This document shows positions 26,955 to 40,280 of a stretch of 64,000 nucleotides of DNA, piece by piece. The notes under the pieces were generated by a model. That model worked only from the letters and a program-made list of their open reading frames with translations. It was not told where the DNA came from and did not search any database. Numbering within the stretch: the first letter of the stretch is position 1; every line of letters begins with the position of its first letter. The translations under genes were made by a program, and so were the position numbers. The DNA lies in assembly GCA_951406725.2 (NCBI GenBank), contig OX597835.1, positions 17,670,001 to 17,734,000 on the forward strand, written 5' to 3'. The stretch comes from Octopus vulgaris (taxonomy: Eukaryota).

Positions 26955-27587
26955 CACACACATATATATATATATACATATACACACATATATACATACA
27001 TACACGCATATATATGTATACATGGATGTTTGATGCATGACAATATTTGTGAGTGTATGAGTATGTGTGAGCTCAGATGCGTTTATGAACGTAAGAACCC
27101 GTAAATGTAGGCGCGTGTATGTGTGTGCATGTGTGTGTGCATGTGTGTGTGTGTGTGTGGGTATTTGGTTCTATGGATGTATGTGTGAGGCTGCTTAGAA
27201 ATAAGACAGTAACGGTCATACAAATGTATTTAATGAGCACCAGTGCGAGATAGAGCGTTGGGGGAAAAGATCGATCGATCGATAGCTAGAAAGAGAGAGT
27301 GAGAGATAGCTAGATAAATAGAGAGAGAGAGAGAGAAAGAGAGGGAGGAGTAAGAGAGAAGGCGAGAATGAGAGGGAGAGAAATAAAGATGAATTGTTGA
27401 AAGAATACGGAAGACAGAAGACAGGAAGCGAAGAATAAGATGAAAAGGATAAAGATGCTATTGAAGACGCATGGGATGATGATGATGATGATGATGATGA
27501 TGACGATGGGGAAGAACGAAACGGTGAACAAAATAGCTATACACAGTGAGAAAACAGATCACTTTACACCACACACACAAATATCAC

Positions 27588-27766
27588 GACCATGCTGGGG
27601 CACTGCCTTGAATGCTTTAGTTGTAAAAAATCGACCCCAGTCAGTGTTTAAAGCTTGGTACTTATTCTATCGGTTGATTTTTGTCGAACCACTAGCGTCA
27701 CAGGGACGTAAACACACCAATACCCGTTGTCAAATTGTGGCGGGCGAGAAATACTCGCACAATGCA

Positions 27767-27807
<41 letters not shown>

Positions 27808-27905
27808 ACACACACACGCATATGAATATACGACCATCAGGTCCCAGTTTCTACATAACACAGTAACACGCAAAGGCGTGTAGGGTGCCGCGCAGAGGGA
27901 CTGAA
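27588..27905 (-). mobile_element. Old family B SINE
   Basis: ccatgctggggcac...tcgacccc...ggacgtaaacacacca. Confidence 0.7.
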
Positions 27906-27909
27906 CTTA

Positions 27910-28285
27910 TTAGCGCGCGTCAACGATGAGTATACGATCGATTTTAAAAATAATTTAACATCATTTTTTATTCCATTTTAATGCATATTTTTTCGTGTGT
28001 CGATGGCGGCGGAGTTGGCGTCCACGCTCACAGCTGCACCTGTTTGCTTCTCCCCCTTCCCTCCCTCGTGAAGCTGTGGGGAAGGGAGTGTAAGGAAATC
28101 AACGTCGCAAAGCGTTGTCAATGGGACCAGCGTTCTTTTAGAACAACGACTTCATGGCTTGAAGACACCAAAACAGAAATGGCTAAGAAAGCCCGAATTG
28201 GCATCTATAAGGGAAGTAACTGTCTAAAAATGCTTATATAGTTATTTCCCTTACAAACCCGAGCAACGCCGGGCGATACTGCTAG
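27910..28285 (+). mobile_element. Non-autonomous Helitron, 3' portion
   Basis: GC-rich subterminal hairpin cccgagcaacgccggg (28258-28273) followed by CTAG|T at 28282-28286; 5' boundary uncertain. Confidence 0.75.
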
Positions 28286-28678
28286 TATATATATATATTT
28301 AAAGGCATGTAGATGCTACTATCTATCTATCTATCTATCTATCTACCTATGCATGAATGGAGAAATAGAGAGAGAGAGAGATGGATGGGGAGAGACAATG
28401 GGGAGAGTGTGTATAGTTTTAGAGTGAATTTTGTGTGTGTGTGTATGTGTATACATGTGAGCATGCACGGGCGTGTGTGTGAGTGTGCCTGTCCCTATGC
28501 AGTGACTGAATGGATCACCGAATCGATTCGATCACGAGCATTATACCTGTTTGAACAACTTAATTACCCACTAATTGAATCGTAGTATACGTGACTTGGG
28601 ATTCGACGGACACATGCGCCATATATACTATGTATATGCACACGCACACAAACACACACACACGCACACAAGTGTGTA

Positions 28679-28890
28679 TAGAACAGGGTGTGCTGAAAAG
28701 TTCTTTGAGAAAAGGTGCTTTAAGAATATCGCGAAAATGCCAGGCTGGAGCCCCACCCTTCCGAGTTCTTTTTTACAGGGCTTAGAAAAACTGAAGGACT
28801 GCCGCGATAAGTGTGTGAACCTGAGAGAGGAATATATTGAATAAAATCGACATTTACTGATCCTCCTCTATTTTCTTTTACTCAAAATAA
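28679..28890 (+). mobile_element. Internally deleted mariner-type DNA transposon
   Basis: TIR-like agggtgtgctgaaaagtt; translation FLQGLEKLKDCRDKCVNLREEYIE* fits the mariner GI.KL..RW.KC...G.Y.E end. Confidence 0.75.
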
Positions 28891-28982
28891 TAGAGGGAAC
28901 AAACAAGACAAATAGGGTGACTCACACACACACACACGTGTGCGGGCGTAGGTATATCTGTGTGTGTGTGTGTGTGTGTGTA

Positions 28983-29211
28983 GGCGAGCTGGCAGAAACG
29001 TTAACGCGCCGGGCGAAATGCTTACGGGTATTTCGTCTGCCGTTACATTCTGAGTTCAAATTCCGCCGAGGTCGACTTAGCCTTTCATCTTTTCGGGGTC
29101 GATTAATTAAGTACCAGTTATGTACTGGGGGTCGATGTAATCGACTTAATCCGTTTGTCTGTCCTTGTTCGTCCCTGCTGTGTTTAGCCCCTTGTAGGTA
29201 GTAAAGAAATA
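28983..29211 (+). mobile_element. Family A SINE monomer with TSD
   Basis: Complete body; taggtatatctgtgtgtg present at ~28949 and ~29210. Confidence 0.93.
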
Positions 29212-29225
29212 GGTATATCTGTGTG

Positions 29226-29276
<51 letters not shown>

Positions 29277-29509
29277 ACACAGGGTCAAATCTGTTCAACT
29301 GATAGTGATTTCATGCTGTAAAACCATATTCCATAATAAGTTCCTTGAATTGCCGTAAAGGACGGAGAGTCGAAATATTCCTGCCTTATCTTCGAATCGA
29401 AAGCAGAGAAAACACTAGTCTGACCCCAGCCTTGTCTTACACTTCTGTCTGCCAATGAACTAGAAAGTAAATCAACATTTCCGTCTCTCTCTTTAGATTC
29501 GTCTGAAGA

Positions 29510-30145
29510 GCAACCACGTCAAACTAACAATACTTTCTTTAGAAATCTCCATTAAATTGGAAACCGCCCCCAGGTTAAACCACTTTCTATCCGGTAAAGG
29601 GCAACAACAAAAGGAAGAAGGCAGCGTAAGAGCAGCGTTTTTGTTTGTTCCTCTTTTGGAGCTATGAAGAAAACGCCGAGCAGATACCACTTTCGTCTTT
29701 CTCGTCTGTCAGTTAAAGGGCAAGAAAGCAGGCTAACAAAACCTCTGAAAAACTTTATACTCTCCTTTGAGTACTAACAATAGCAAGGTAACAATATTTT
29801 AGTCGTTATCTAAGCTGTGTAGAAAGCAAAAGATTCTGACTGTTCGGCTGATAATGTTTTTCTTTTCTTCTGTCGTTAAATTGTAAGAAAACCGCAGACT
29901 AAGAACGCTTTCGTATTTTCCTTACGCTGGACTATTAACACCATTTTTCTCTACTGTTAAAGAACAAGTAAGATAGTAACAACACTGATTCTTTCTTCTC
30001 TCCCTCTCTCCCTCTCTCTTCTCTCTCTCCCTCTCTCTTCCTCTCCCTCTCTCCCTCTCTCTCTCCCTTTCTCCCTCTCTCTCCCTCTCCCCCTCCCTCT
30101 CTCTCCCTCTCTCTTCCTCTCTCTCTCTTCCTCCCTCTCTCTCTG

Positions 30146-30176
<31 letters not shown>

Positions 30177-30860
30177 GTCTCTCTCTCTCTCTCTGAATTG
30201 GGAGACAAGTAGTAAAGCCTGACTAACAACGTTTTGTTTTCTTTACTCGCTGCTGAAGTCAACAACTCGAATCTAAGAAATACTAATATTTCGGTTACTC
30301 TCTTGTCAATGACATCATTTTTCACTGCTCTGTTTTTGAAGTGGTAACAACATCAAACTGACAATATCTGTTATTCTCTACTCTGCTAAAAAGTACCAAA
30401 GTCAGACTAATATTAACAATTTTGTCTTGCACAGCAAGCCGTAGCAGCGTAACAACACCAAGCTGAGAACAACACCATGTTTGTTTACGCTCCGCTGGAG
30501 AGTAACAACGCAGGATAACAACACCACTGTTCACTACTCCTGTAGAGGTGGAGAGACGCGGGGGGATGCAACCAGACTAACAACATCTTTGTCACACTGT
30601 ACACTTTGTTAAAGACCAGCAAAGGGCATATCGACTTTGTCTTCAATTACACGTCACGGAAGAGTGACAACACCAGAAGAATAACAATTTCCAGCTTTCT
30701 CTGTTTCCTGTTGAAAAGCAAGAATGCCCGGCCAACAACAACAACAACACCATCATTCTCTACACCGTTTTGGGAGGCAACGCCGTCTGACGGCAACAGC
30801 TCCAAGCTAACAATACCTTCGTCATTCTCTCCTTGAAGGACAAGAAGCTTAAACGGCAAT
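29510..30860. repeat. Highly degenerate ~55-65-bp tandem array interrupted by a (CT)n tract (29995-30193)
   Basis: Recurrent (c)agactaacaaca..ttt anchors, e.g. near 29520, 29730, 29785, 29846, 29895, 30218, 30354, 30403, 30511, 30572, 30803. Confidence 0.6.
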
Positions 30861-30937
30861 CGAAATTATCGATTTCCTATAAAATCTCCACTGGATTAAA
30901 TCTTACTGATGTGCAGTTCCTTACTAGTTTCTTCACA

Positions 30938-31040
30938 TTGTTGTTGTTATTATTATTATTATTATTATTACTATTATTATTATTATTATTAATAAAACTA
31001 AAACTAAAAGTAATAATAATAGTAAAAATAAAAATAAAAG

Positions 31041-31096
<56 letters not shown>

Positions 31097-31247
31097 TGAA
31101 GAAACTAGTGAGGAACTATTATTATTATTATGAATAATAATAGAAATAAAAATAAAAATGATAATAATAATAATAGTAATAATAAAAATAAAAATAAAAG
31201 TAATAATAAAAATAAAAATAAAAGTAATAATAATAATAATAATAATG

Positions 31248-31299
<52 letters not shown>

Positions 31300-31310
31300 T
31301 AACAATGGTA
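30938..31310. repeat. (TTA)n then (TAA)n microsatellite
   Basis: Direct reading; strand switch at ~30990. Confidence 0.95.
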
Positions 31311-31329
31311 TGAACACTAAACAGAGGCT

Positions 31330-31770
31330 GAAATAGAAAATGAGAATTGAAAGATCTTGTGGGATTTCCCCATAAAGAGTGGCCATACTATTGAAGCAAG
31401 AAGGACGGACATGATCATAGAGGACAAAATAAACAGCGTAAGATCATAGACTTTGCAATTCCCTATGATAGCAGAGTCAATACCGAATAAATGGAAGTAA
31501 TTGAGAAATATCAGGATCTAGCCAAAGAGCTGAGAAGACTGTGGAAGACCAAGACAGCAATTATTATTCCTGTAGGAATTTGGCACAACACCCAAAATGA
31601 GTAGTTGTTAAAAAAAGGGGGAAGTAAATTGGAGTTGAAACTCGCATTGTCGACTTGCGCAAAAGTTCCATACGTTCTATATTCTGCGAGAAGCATAAGG
31701 AAAGGTTGTTGAGATTTGAGGAGACTTGTTGCGAACGAAACTCAAGATAAAACATCTACTAACTAAATTG
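31330..31770 (+). pseudogene. Decayed Dong/R4-type non-LTR retrotransposon, restriction-like endonuclease end
   Basis: KILWDFPI..HTIEARRTDMII...IIDFAIPYD...EKYQDLAKELRRLWK, with stops and frameshifts; lies in (TAA)n. Confidence 0.85.
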
Positions 31771-31817
31771 GCATACGCTAGCATAACAAGAAGAAGAAGA
31801 ATAACAATAATAATAAC

Positions 31818-31852
<35 letters not shown>

Positions 31853-31872
31853 TGATGATGATAATAATAATA

Positions 31873-32145
<273 letters not shown>

Positions 32146-32343
32146 AGTTCTATATTTAAGAGATGAGAAATTATGTACGTTATTTACATTTGACGGATAT
32201 TTGTCCTCATCTTGTTTGTTGTTAACGCAACCTTTCGCCTGATATACCCTCCAGCCTTCATCGGGTGTCTTGGGGGAAATTTCGAACCTGGGTTCTCATT
32301 CCTAAGGTATTTTTTGATATTGTTGTTGTTGTTATCATCATCA

Positions 32344-32382
<39 letters not shown>

Positions 32383-32490
32383 TAGTCACTACCTGGACTC
32401 GAACTCGGAATCTTGTGATATGGCGTAGTGGTTAAGAGCGCAGCCTACTAAGCCTAAGATTCCAAGTTCGATTCCAGGCAGTGACCTGAA
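32146..32490 (-). mobile_element. tRNA-headed element with internal (AAT)n, hammerhead-bearing tail and inverted head copy
   Basis: Arms 32385-32415 / 32455-32485 match 27 of 31 as inverted repeats; plus arm has A box TGGCGTAGTGG and B box GTTCGATTCC; hammerhead-like motif at 32224-32269. Confidence 0.65.
32224..32269 (-). ncRNA. Degenerate type-I hammerhead-ribozyme-like motif (U4C core)
   Basis: Minus GACAC-CCGATGA-A-GGCTG-(10 nt)-CAGGC-GAAA-GG-TT-GCGTT; one mismatch in each of stems I and II and AGGU instead of palindromic ACGU. Confidence 0.6.
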
Positions 32491-32549
32491 TAATAGTAAT
32501 AATAATAATAATAGTAATAATAATAATAATAATAATTATAATAATGTCA

Positions 32550-34160
32550 TATTGAGACATCAAAAAGGATTACAAACAAAGAATGTGACTACCTAACCCA
32601 CTTTGATTGCAAGACCAGCTACGTCTATGGTGTCCCCAAAATCCATAAGAATCAAACTATTAAGAATGCATGGAAAGAACCAACTTCAAGCTGCATACAC
32701 AATATTCCACTGACATTAAGTTTAGATGTGTTACTGAAACCTACTCTAAAATGCATACCAAGTCTTGTGAGAGACGGCCTGTACCTCCCAAAATCCATAA
32801 TACCTATATTTTATCTTTTGATGTGGTAAACCTATATACCACACTCCCACACCAATATGGACTAGAGCCATTAAATTTCTGGCCTGAGAAATTCCTTCAT
32901 AAAATTCCAGATAGAACTGAACAGAGTTTCGTCATTGAAGGATTAATGTTTATCCTCGAAAACAACTTCTTTGACTTCGATGGCAATATTTACAAACAAA
33001 TATCTGGGACTGAGATGGGGATAAAAGTTGCTCCGATGCACACAAATCTAGTCATGGTATACATGATCCAGATATATGAACAACCTGATTAAATATATGG
33101 CTTGTACTTCCACAAAAATCGACTAGAAAACTAGAAACGTTACTTCGATGGCTGTCTAAACCTATAGATGTACACATTAAAACAGCTTATAGATTTCAAA
33201 AATCTAATCAACAGCATCAACAATAATATTAACCTTACCATGGAGTACAGTAAAACTCAACCACCATTCCTGAATATACTAATCATCAAAAGAGATAAAA
33301 TCATTGAAACAGATATGCATTACAAACAAACAGATTCTAAACAATACTTTGTATTCTCCACATGACATCCCAAACACACAAATAATAATATCACCTTCAA
33401 TCTAGCAAGAAGAACTTGCACAATTGTCTGAAACACTGGAACTCGCAAGAGAAGACTCCAGGATATAAAACAAGTACTATTTAAAAGACAATATCCATTA
33501 ATGCTACTAGATAACAGAACAAAACGTGCCAAAGCAATAAATATCGGAGAACTACGAAAAACGAAACACGCTCCAGATACATCCTATAATCTACCCTTTA
33601 TTACAACACACAACCCAAGAAACACAGAGGACTACAATATCATCCACGAAAACTTCGCACAACTAAAACAAGACCCAAGAATGAAACAAGCATTCGAAAT
33701 ACACAAACTAATCAAAAGTAAAAGAAAATCAAAGTCCCTCAAAAAATTCCTACATTCTCTACAAAAACTTCACAGGAAACATTCAGGGCATGGATTGTAA
33801 GGACTTGTTCAATCAACCGTGCCAGCCTTAACTTACGACGCCAAACATTGTCACTTGATACTAACACACGGACGTAGGAGGGGGGACCTACAACATTTTG
33901 TAAGACTAGTCATGTGACTATCCTTTACCAATCAAACTCTATTCAAAGCACATACTAATCTGAGCCATGAATTCTCTATAAAAACAGGGTAAACTTCAAA
34001 CATTAGTCTGAAGGAAGTCACCTGCGACATAAGCCACGCCTTTCTATTTGAACCTTTTGAAAATCAGTGTAAACTTTGAAACCGGTTAAAGCTTCAAATG
34101 TTTTAACATCTCAGTGCATTTTCAACTTCTATTTTTCCTATATTTCTACCCGTGTGGAAT

Positions 34161-34165
<5 letters not shown>
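32550..34165 (+). pseudogene. Decayed Penelope-like retroelement: RT and thumb plus 3' UTR; GIY-YIG domain not seen
   Basis: YGVPKIHK, SFDVVNLYT, ILENNFFDFDG..YKQISGTEMG, RYFDG (YxDD site), PFLNILI, YKQTD...HPKH, LPFITTHNP motifs across frames with stops. Confidence 0.9.
34046..34099 (+). ncRNA. Decayed hammerhead-like motif in the Penelope 3' UTR
   Basis: Stem I ATTTGAACCTTT / AAAGCTTCAAAT (11 of 12 pairs) enclosing TGAAAA, an AGT-GTAA-ACT hairpin and GAAA-CCGG-TT. Confidence 0.55.
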
Positions 34166-34199
<34 letters not shown>

Positions 34200-34203
34200 T
34201 GTA

Positions 34204-34314
34204 TGGCCTGCTCGCTTAGCCAGCGGGGTGGCGTCATTCGAAGGCTAAAACAATGTGAAGGCATTGTGACCAACGATGTGTAACTACATCTGATGGTCTG
34301 GTCGGTCACGTGAT

Positions 34315-34321
<7 letters not shown>
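34204..34321 (+). mobile_element. Family C SINE, 3' portion
   Basis: Matches 43729-43850 (reverse) and 56480-56549; ends TCACGTGATCACGTGA into (TA)n. Confidence 0.85.
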
Positions 34322-34369
<48 letters not shown>

Positions 34370-34374
34370 CTTTA

Positions 34375-34448
34375 TAAAGCATATTACTCTACCCCTGGTA
34401 TTTGAGTGCTCTTTTTTCCACCTTGTTTCACAGTTATGTGTTTACTCC

Positions 34449-34451
<3 letters not shown>
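34375..34451 (+). mobile_element. 3' fragment of the element at 11091-11255
   Basis: Reverse complement of 11091-11165; flanked by (TA)n. Confidence 0.8.
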
Positions 34452-34536
<85 letters not shown>

Positions 34537-34774
34537 TGTGTGTGTGTGAGTGTGTGTGTAAAGAGAGGTAGGTAGATAGATTAGATAGATAGATAGATAG
34601 GTATATGCTTACGTATAAAACAGTGCTACACGAAATACTTAAATATGAAACACTTTTCTATTATAAACCTGTGAGTAATAATATAGTGTTTAATTTCATA
34701 CATGACTGGAGAGTGTTAACTGCTAGTGACAGCAGTGTAAGATGGAAGAGAGCAATGATATACTCTTTTCTACT

Positions 34775-34926
34775 CTAAGGCCTGGAATTTTGGGGGTGCC
34801 AGTCCATTAGAACGACACCAGTATGCAACTGGTACTTAAGTTATCGACCCCAAAAGGATGAAAGGCAACGTCGACCTCGGCGGAATATAAACCTCAGAAT
34901 GTAAAGACAGACGAAATACCGCTAAG
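34775..34926 (-). mobile_element. Family A SINE fragment
   Basis: ctggtactta...tcgacccc..aaggatgaaaggcaa.gtcgacctcggcggaa. Confidence 0.85.
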
Positions 34927-35971
34927 CGTACTAAAGTCTCTGGTATATATATATATGTTGGTATATATATATGTTGAAATATAGATAGATTGAAAGACAG
35001 ATCTAGATGTAGATAGATATAGGTAGATAGATTGATGGATAAATAGATTCATAGAGAGATATAGATATAAATAGTTGGATAAATATATATATTTGCGGGG
35101 ATGGATAGGTAAATAGACAGTTACATAGATATGGATATAGATAGATGGATGAATGGATGAATAAATATTTTGATATCGTCATAGGCGGGAAGATAGACAA
35201 ATAGTTAGATGAATGGTTATAGACTTAGAAAAAAAAACAAATGGATAGATTGATAAATAGAGCGATGGATGGATGGATGGATATATAGATAGAAAGACTA
35301 GACAGGAAGCTAGGGAGAAACAGAGATACGCAATGATTATTATCATCATCATCATAATCCTCATCATCATCATCATCGTCATCATTATCACTGTTATCGT
35401 CATCATCTACATTCGCATGTTATGACCACCACAAACTTTTCTGGAAATCAGGCGAAAGACAATGTAATCCTTAGACTCACGGCAAGTACAGAGCTGGCAC
35501 GCTTCCGTTTACAGGTGCATGCGTTTGTATACGTGTCGTAATGTATGTGTTCGTGTACCTGTGTGTGTGTGTATGTGTGTGTGTGTGTGTGTGAATGTGT
35601 GTATGTGTGTGGGGTGCTTAGGGAGTAAGAGAGAGAGAGGGCGAAGGGGATACGAAGGGAGAGTAAGCGAAATATATTTTCGTTTGTAATAATTAAATAT
35701 ACGACAGGATATTTTTTGATGAAATTATGTGAACGTGTAAGTATGTATATATGTATGTATACGCATGCATACAAAAACACACAGAGACTCATATATGTGT
35801 ACGCACACATATGTATATAAATATGTACGCACACACGGTCACATGCATACACTCACGTGTGCATACATGTACGCTCATGCAGACATATACATCTGTGAGC
35901 GCCTTCCGTACAACACCCTCATGCACTTACACACACAGGGTACCATACACAGATACGCACACAGGTACGTG

Positions 35972-36004
<33 letters not shown>

Positions 36005-36105
36005 ATATAGATACACGTATATAGATATATGTGTGTGTATATACATATATATATACACACACAAAAACACACTCGAATATACCCACACACATACATATAC
36101 ATATA

Positions 36106-36139
<34 letters not shown>

Positions 36140-36235
36140 CATACACAAGTATATATACATACATACACAAGTATATATACATACACACACATACATATAT
36201 ATAGAGAGAGACGCATACGCAAATGTATATATATA

Positions 36236-36271
<36 letters not shown>

Positions 36272-36564
36272 ATGAACATATGCAGATGTACTACACACAC
36301 ACACGCTCACTCGTACTCGCAGAGACACCTATACATAATATAAAATATTGATTTCTGATTTTGGCACAAGGCCAGTATCTCTGTTGGTAGGAAGGTATAT
36401 CGATTTATTAACGGTGTTCTCGCTTGACTTATCCCCCCATGCCCGACCTACACCATTAACACACCCTTCCCCACCATACTTTTCTGATATTTATTTCATC
36501 ACCGCCCCCTTGAGATTCGAACTCTGCTCGCAAAACATATGTAAGTAAATAATTATTTATCTAC

Positions 36565-36707
36565 GCAGCGCATGTGTGGCTCTGTGATAAGAAGCTTACT
36601 TCTCAACGACATGATTTAGAGTTCAGTTCTACCGTGTGGCACCTTGGATAATTATCTTCTGCAATAACCTAGGGCTACCTGTGTAGGTGGATTTCATAGA
36701 CGGAAAA
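36565..36707 (+). mobile_element. Old family B SINE, 5' half
   Basis: gtggctctgtgataagaagctt...gagttcagtt...gtggcaccttgg. Confidence 0.65.
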
Positions 36708-36744
<37 letters not shown>

Positions 36745-36747
36745 CTC

Positions 36748-36880
36748 ACTAGTACTTAATTTATCGACCCCGAAAGGATAAAAGACGAAGTCAACCTCGG
36801 GGGAAACTGGAACTCAAACGCGGTGACGGGCGAAATGCTATTTCGTCCAAAGTGCTCACGATACTGCCAGCTAGCCGGCT
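36748..36880 (-). mobile_element. Family A SINE fragment
   Basis: gtacttaatttatcgaccccgaaagga...ctgccagct. Confidence 0.8.
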
Positions 36881-36980
36881 TCAGTAACAGCAATATCGAT
36901 ACGAATGGTGCCTTATGTGAAGAAATAAACAGAACACTCTGCCTAAAGCAAGAAAGGGTGGTGAATGAAAAGCAAGAAAA

Positions 36981-37590
36981 AGCGGCAAGCTGGCAGAAAC
37001 ATTAGCACGTTGGGCGAAATGCTTGGCAGTATTTCGTGTGCCGTTACGTTCTGAGTTCAAATTCCGCCGAGGTCGACTTTGCCTTTCGTCCTTTCGGGGT
37101 CGATAAATTGAGTACCAGTTACGCACTGGAATCGATATGATCGACTTAATCCATTTGTCTCATCTGTGTTTAGCCCCTTGTGAGTAGTAAAGAAATACGT
37201 ATTTCGTCTGTCTTTATGTTCCGAGTTCAAATTCCGTCGAGGTCGACTTTGTCTTTCGTCCTTTCGGGGTCTATAAATCAAGTACCAGGTACGCACTGGG
37301 GTCGATGTAATCGACTTCATCTGTTTGTCTGTCCTTGTTTGTCTCCTCTGTGTCTAGGCAGTAAAGAAATAAGAAACGTTAACACGCCGGGTGAAATTCT
37401 TAGCGGTATTTCGTCTGTCTTTACGTTCTGAGTTCAAATTGCACTGAGGTCGACTTTGCCTTTCGTCCTTTCGGAGTCTATAAATCAAGTACCACTTACG
37501 TACTGGTGTCGATGTAATCGACTTAATCTCTTTATCTGTGCTTGTCTTCCCCCTTATTGTTTAGCCCCTTGTGGGCAATAAAGACATAAG
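36981..37590 (+). mobile_element. Family A SINE trimer
   Basis: Three B-box/Meta-like bodies; junctions aagaaatac|gtatttcgtc (~37200) and aagaaata|agaaacgtt (~37372). Confidence 0.88.
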
Positions 37591-37699
37591 AAAGGGTGGT
37601 GAATGGTGAAACAATCTGGAGCTTAACCCTTTACAAACAGGATTCACCTGGTGGCAAGTAAAAGCAACAGACACGTGATCATATGCACTGAAAAGGGGC

Positions 37700-38040
37700 A
37701 CGCAGGCTGTGTCCGCTTGGCAACCATGTGGCTTCTGTTTCATTACCACTGCACGGCATCTTGGGCAAGTTTCTTCTACTGTAGCCTAGTGCTAACCAAT
37801 GCCTTGGATGGAAACTGTACGGAAACCCAAGTGTGTGTGCTTGTGTGCGTGCACGTCTGTGTGTGTACTTGTGTACACGTTTGTGTTTGTCGTCGTAACG
37901 CATGACAAACGATACTGATTTGTTAACTTCACGTAACTTTCCGGTTCAGCAATAGAGACGACAGTATAAGTGCCGGATTAAAACTAAAACTTTACCACTG
38001 GAGGTAATTTGTCCGATTCAAACACTTGAAAGCCTTGCCT
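37700..38040 (+). mobile_element. Old family B SINE
   Basis: ccactgcacggcatcttgggcaagt...accaatgccttg. Confidence 0.65.
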
Positions 38041-38225
38041 TCAATAATAATTATTATTATGGAACAATAAAAATACGGCCGGTGCTTATGTTTATCGTTG
38101 GCATTACGAGCCTCCCGAGATACTACTATCTATCTATCTATCTATCTATCTACCTAAGCTTATACTCACAGACTCTCCCTTAACCGTAAATATGTGCATA
38201 TTTACATATATAAATACAATTGTTG

Positions 38226-39042
<817 letters not shown>

Positions 39043-39370
39043 GTCTATTTTCGAGTGTATATTGGATGGGTGGGCAAATGCACGGTGAATAAATGCATAA
39101 CTGAACAGATATGTAAAGGTTATTGAAGATAGATGGCTATGAATGCATGCGATTTACTACATACGAGAGTCGGCAATGCAGCGCATAGAATATGATGGCA
39201 CAGTATATAGGGATAAACTGGTCGAGACAGTATGTCTAATTCGGCTTTAAGGTGTGGGGTTTAGGGGACTTGGGTCTTAGATTAGAGTCATATCTACATA
39301 CATGATGTATATATGTATGTATGTATGTATGAATATGTGTATGTATGCACATATGTATGTTTCTGTTTGA

Positions 39371-39413
<43 letters not shown>

Positions 39414-39528
39414 TATAAGCATGCGCAACTCATATACTCAGACTTATGTGAATGTACTTGTGTGTGTGCTTATTTTGAAGGCACCTCTATCACTATCTAT
39501 CTATCTGTATGTCTCTCTATTTATTTAT

Positions 39529-39564
<36 letters not shown>

Positions 39565-39815
39565 TTCTCTATCTATCTCTCTATCTAGTGACATATTCAG
39601 GTACATATGGAGAGATAAGTATATAAACACTCACATCCATCCACACACACACACACACACACAGACACCCCCCCCCACATATATATATATACACATATAT
39701 ATATATGCATATATATGTATATGTGTGTGTGAATACAGTATGACCCTGAGTACAAATATAAGGTGGAACAGCATTAGAGAGAAGGAGAGAGAGAGATAGA
39801 GAAAGAGAGAGAGAT

Positions 39816-39860
<45 letters not shown>

Positions 39861-40280
39861 AAGAGAGAGAGAGAATGAGAAAAATGGTGATGGCAGCCGT
39901 TGGGTCCAGCGTGTATGGTTAACCGAGACTGGGTTTGTCAGAACATATATACATGGAAATGATCTAAATTCCTGCAATTTCGCACCAGTAACAAAATTCT
40001 TGCAATCCCGCAACGAAGCAATCGAGTTCTTTGAGACTTCCTTCCTTCAACGTCTACTGCATACGTACAGGGAAAAGATGCAATGATATGGAGCAATTCT
40101 GAATTTACAGTTGGATATCCAATGGTATTCCGGTAGCTGTAACATTCTGTTTTCATTAGTCTTTGAAATATTTAATAGTTATAAAGGGTTGCTGCGAGGA
40201 CAGCAAGAGGGATGGGAGAGAAACACCGCAAAGCATCCATCTCCAAAGACATAATAACAATCCAGGTAATCCGTGGATTT

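Noticed and set aside
32416-32485. Functional tRNA gene (also the heads at 56306, 44045 and 1621)
   Set aside because: A and B boxes are present, but cloverleaf stems are imperfect and each head runs into a repeat body or (AAT)n.
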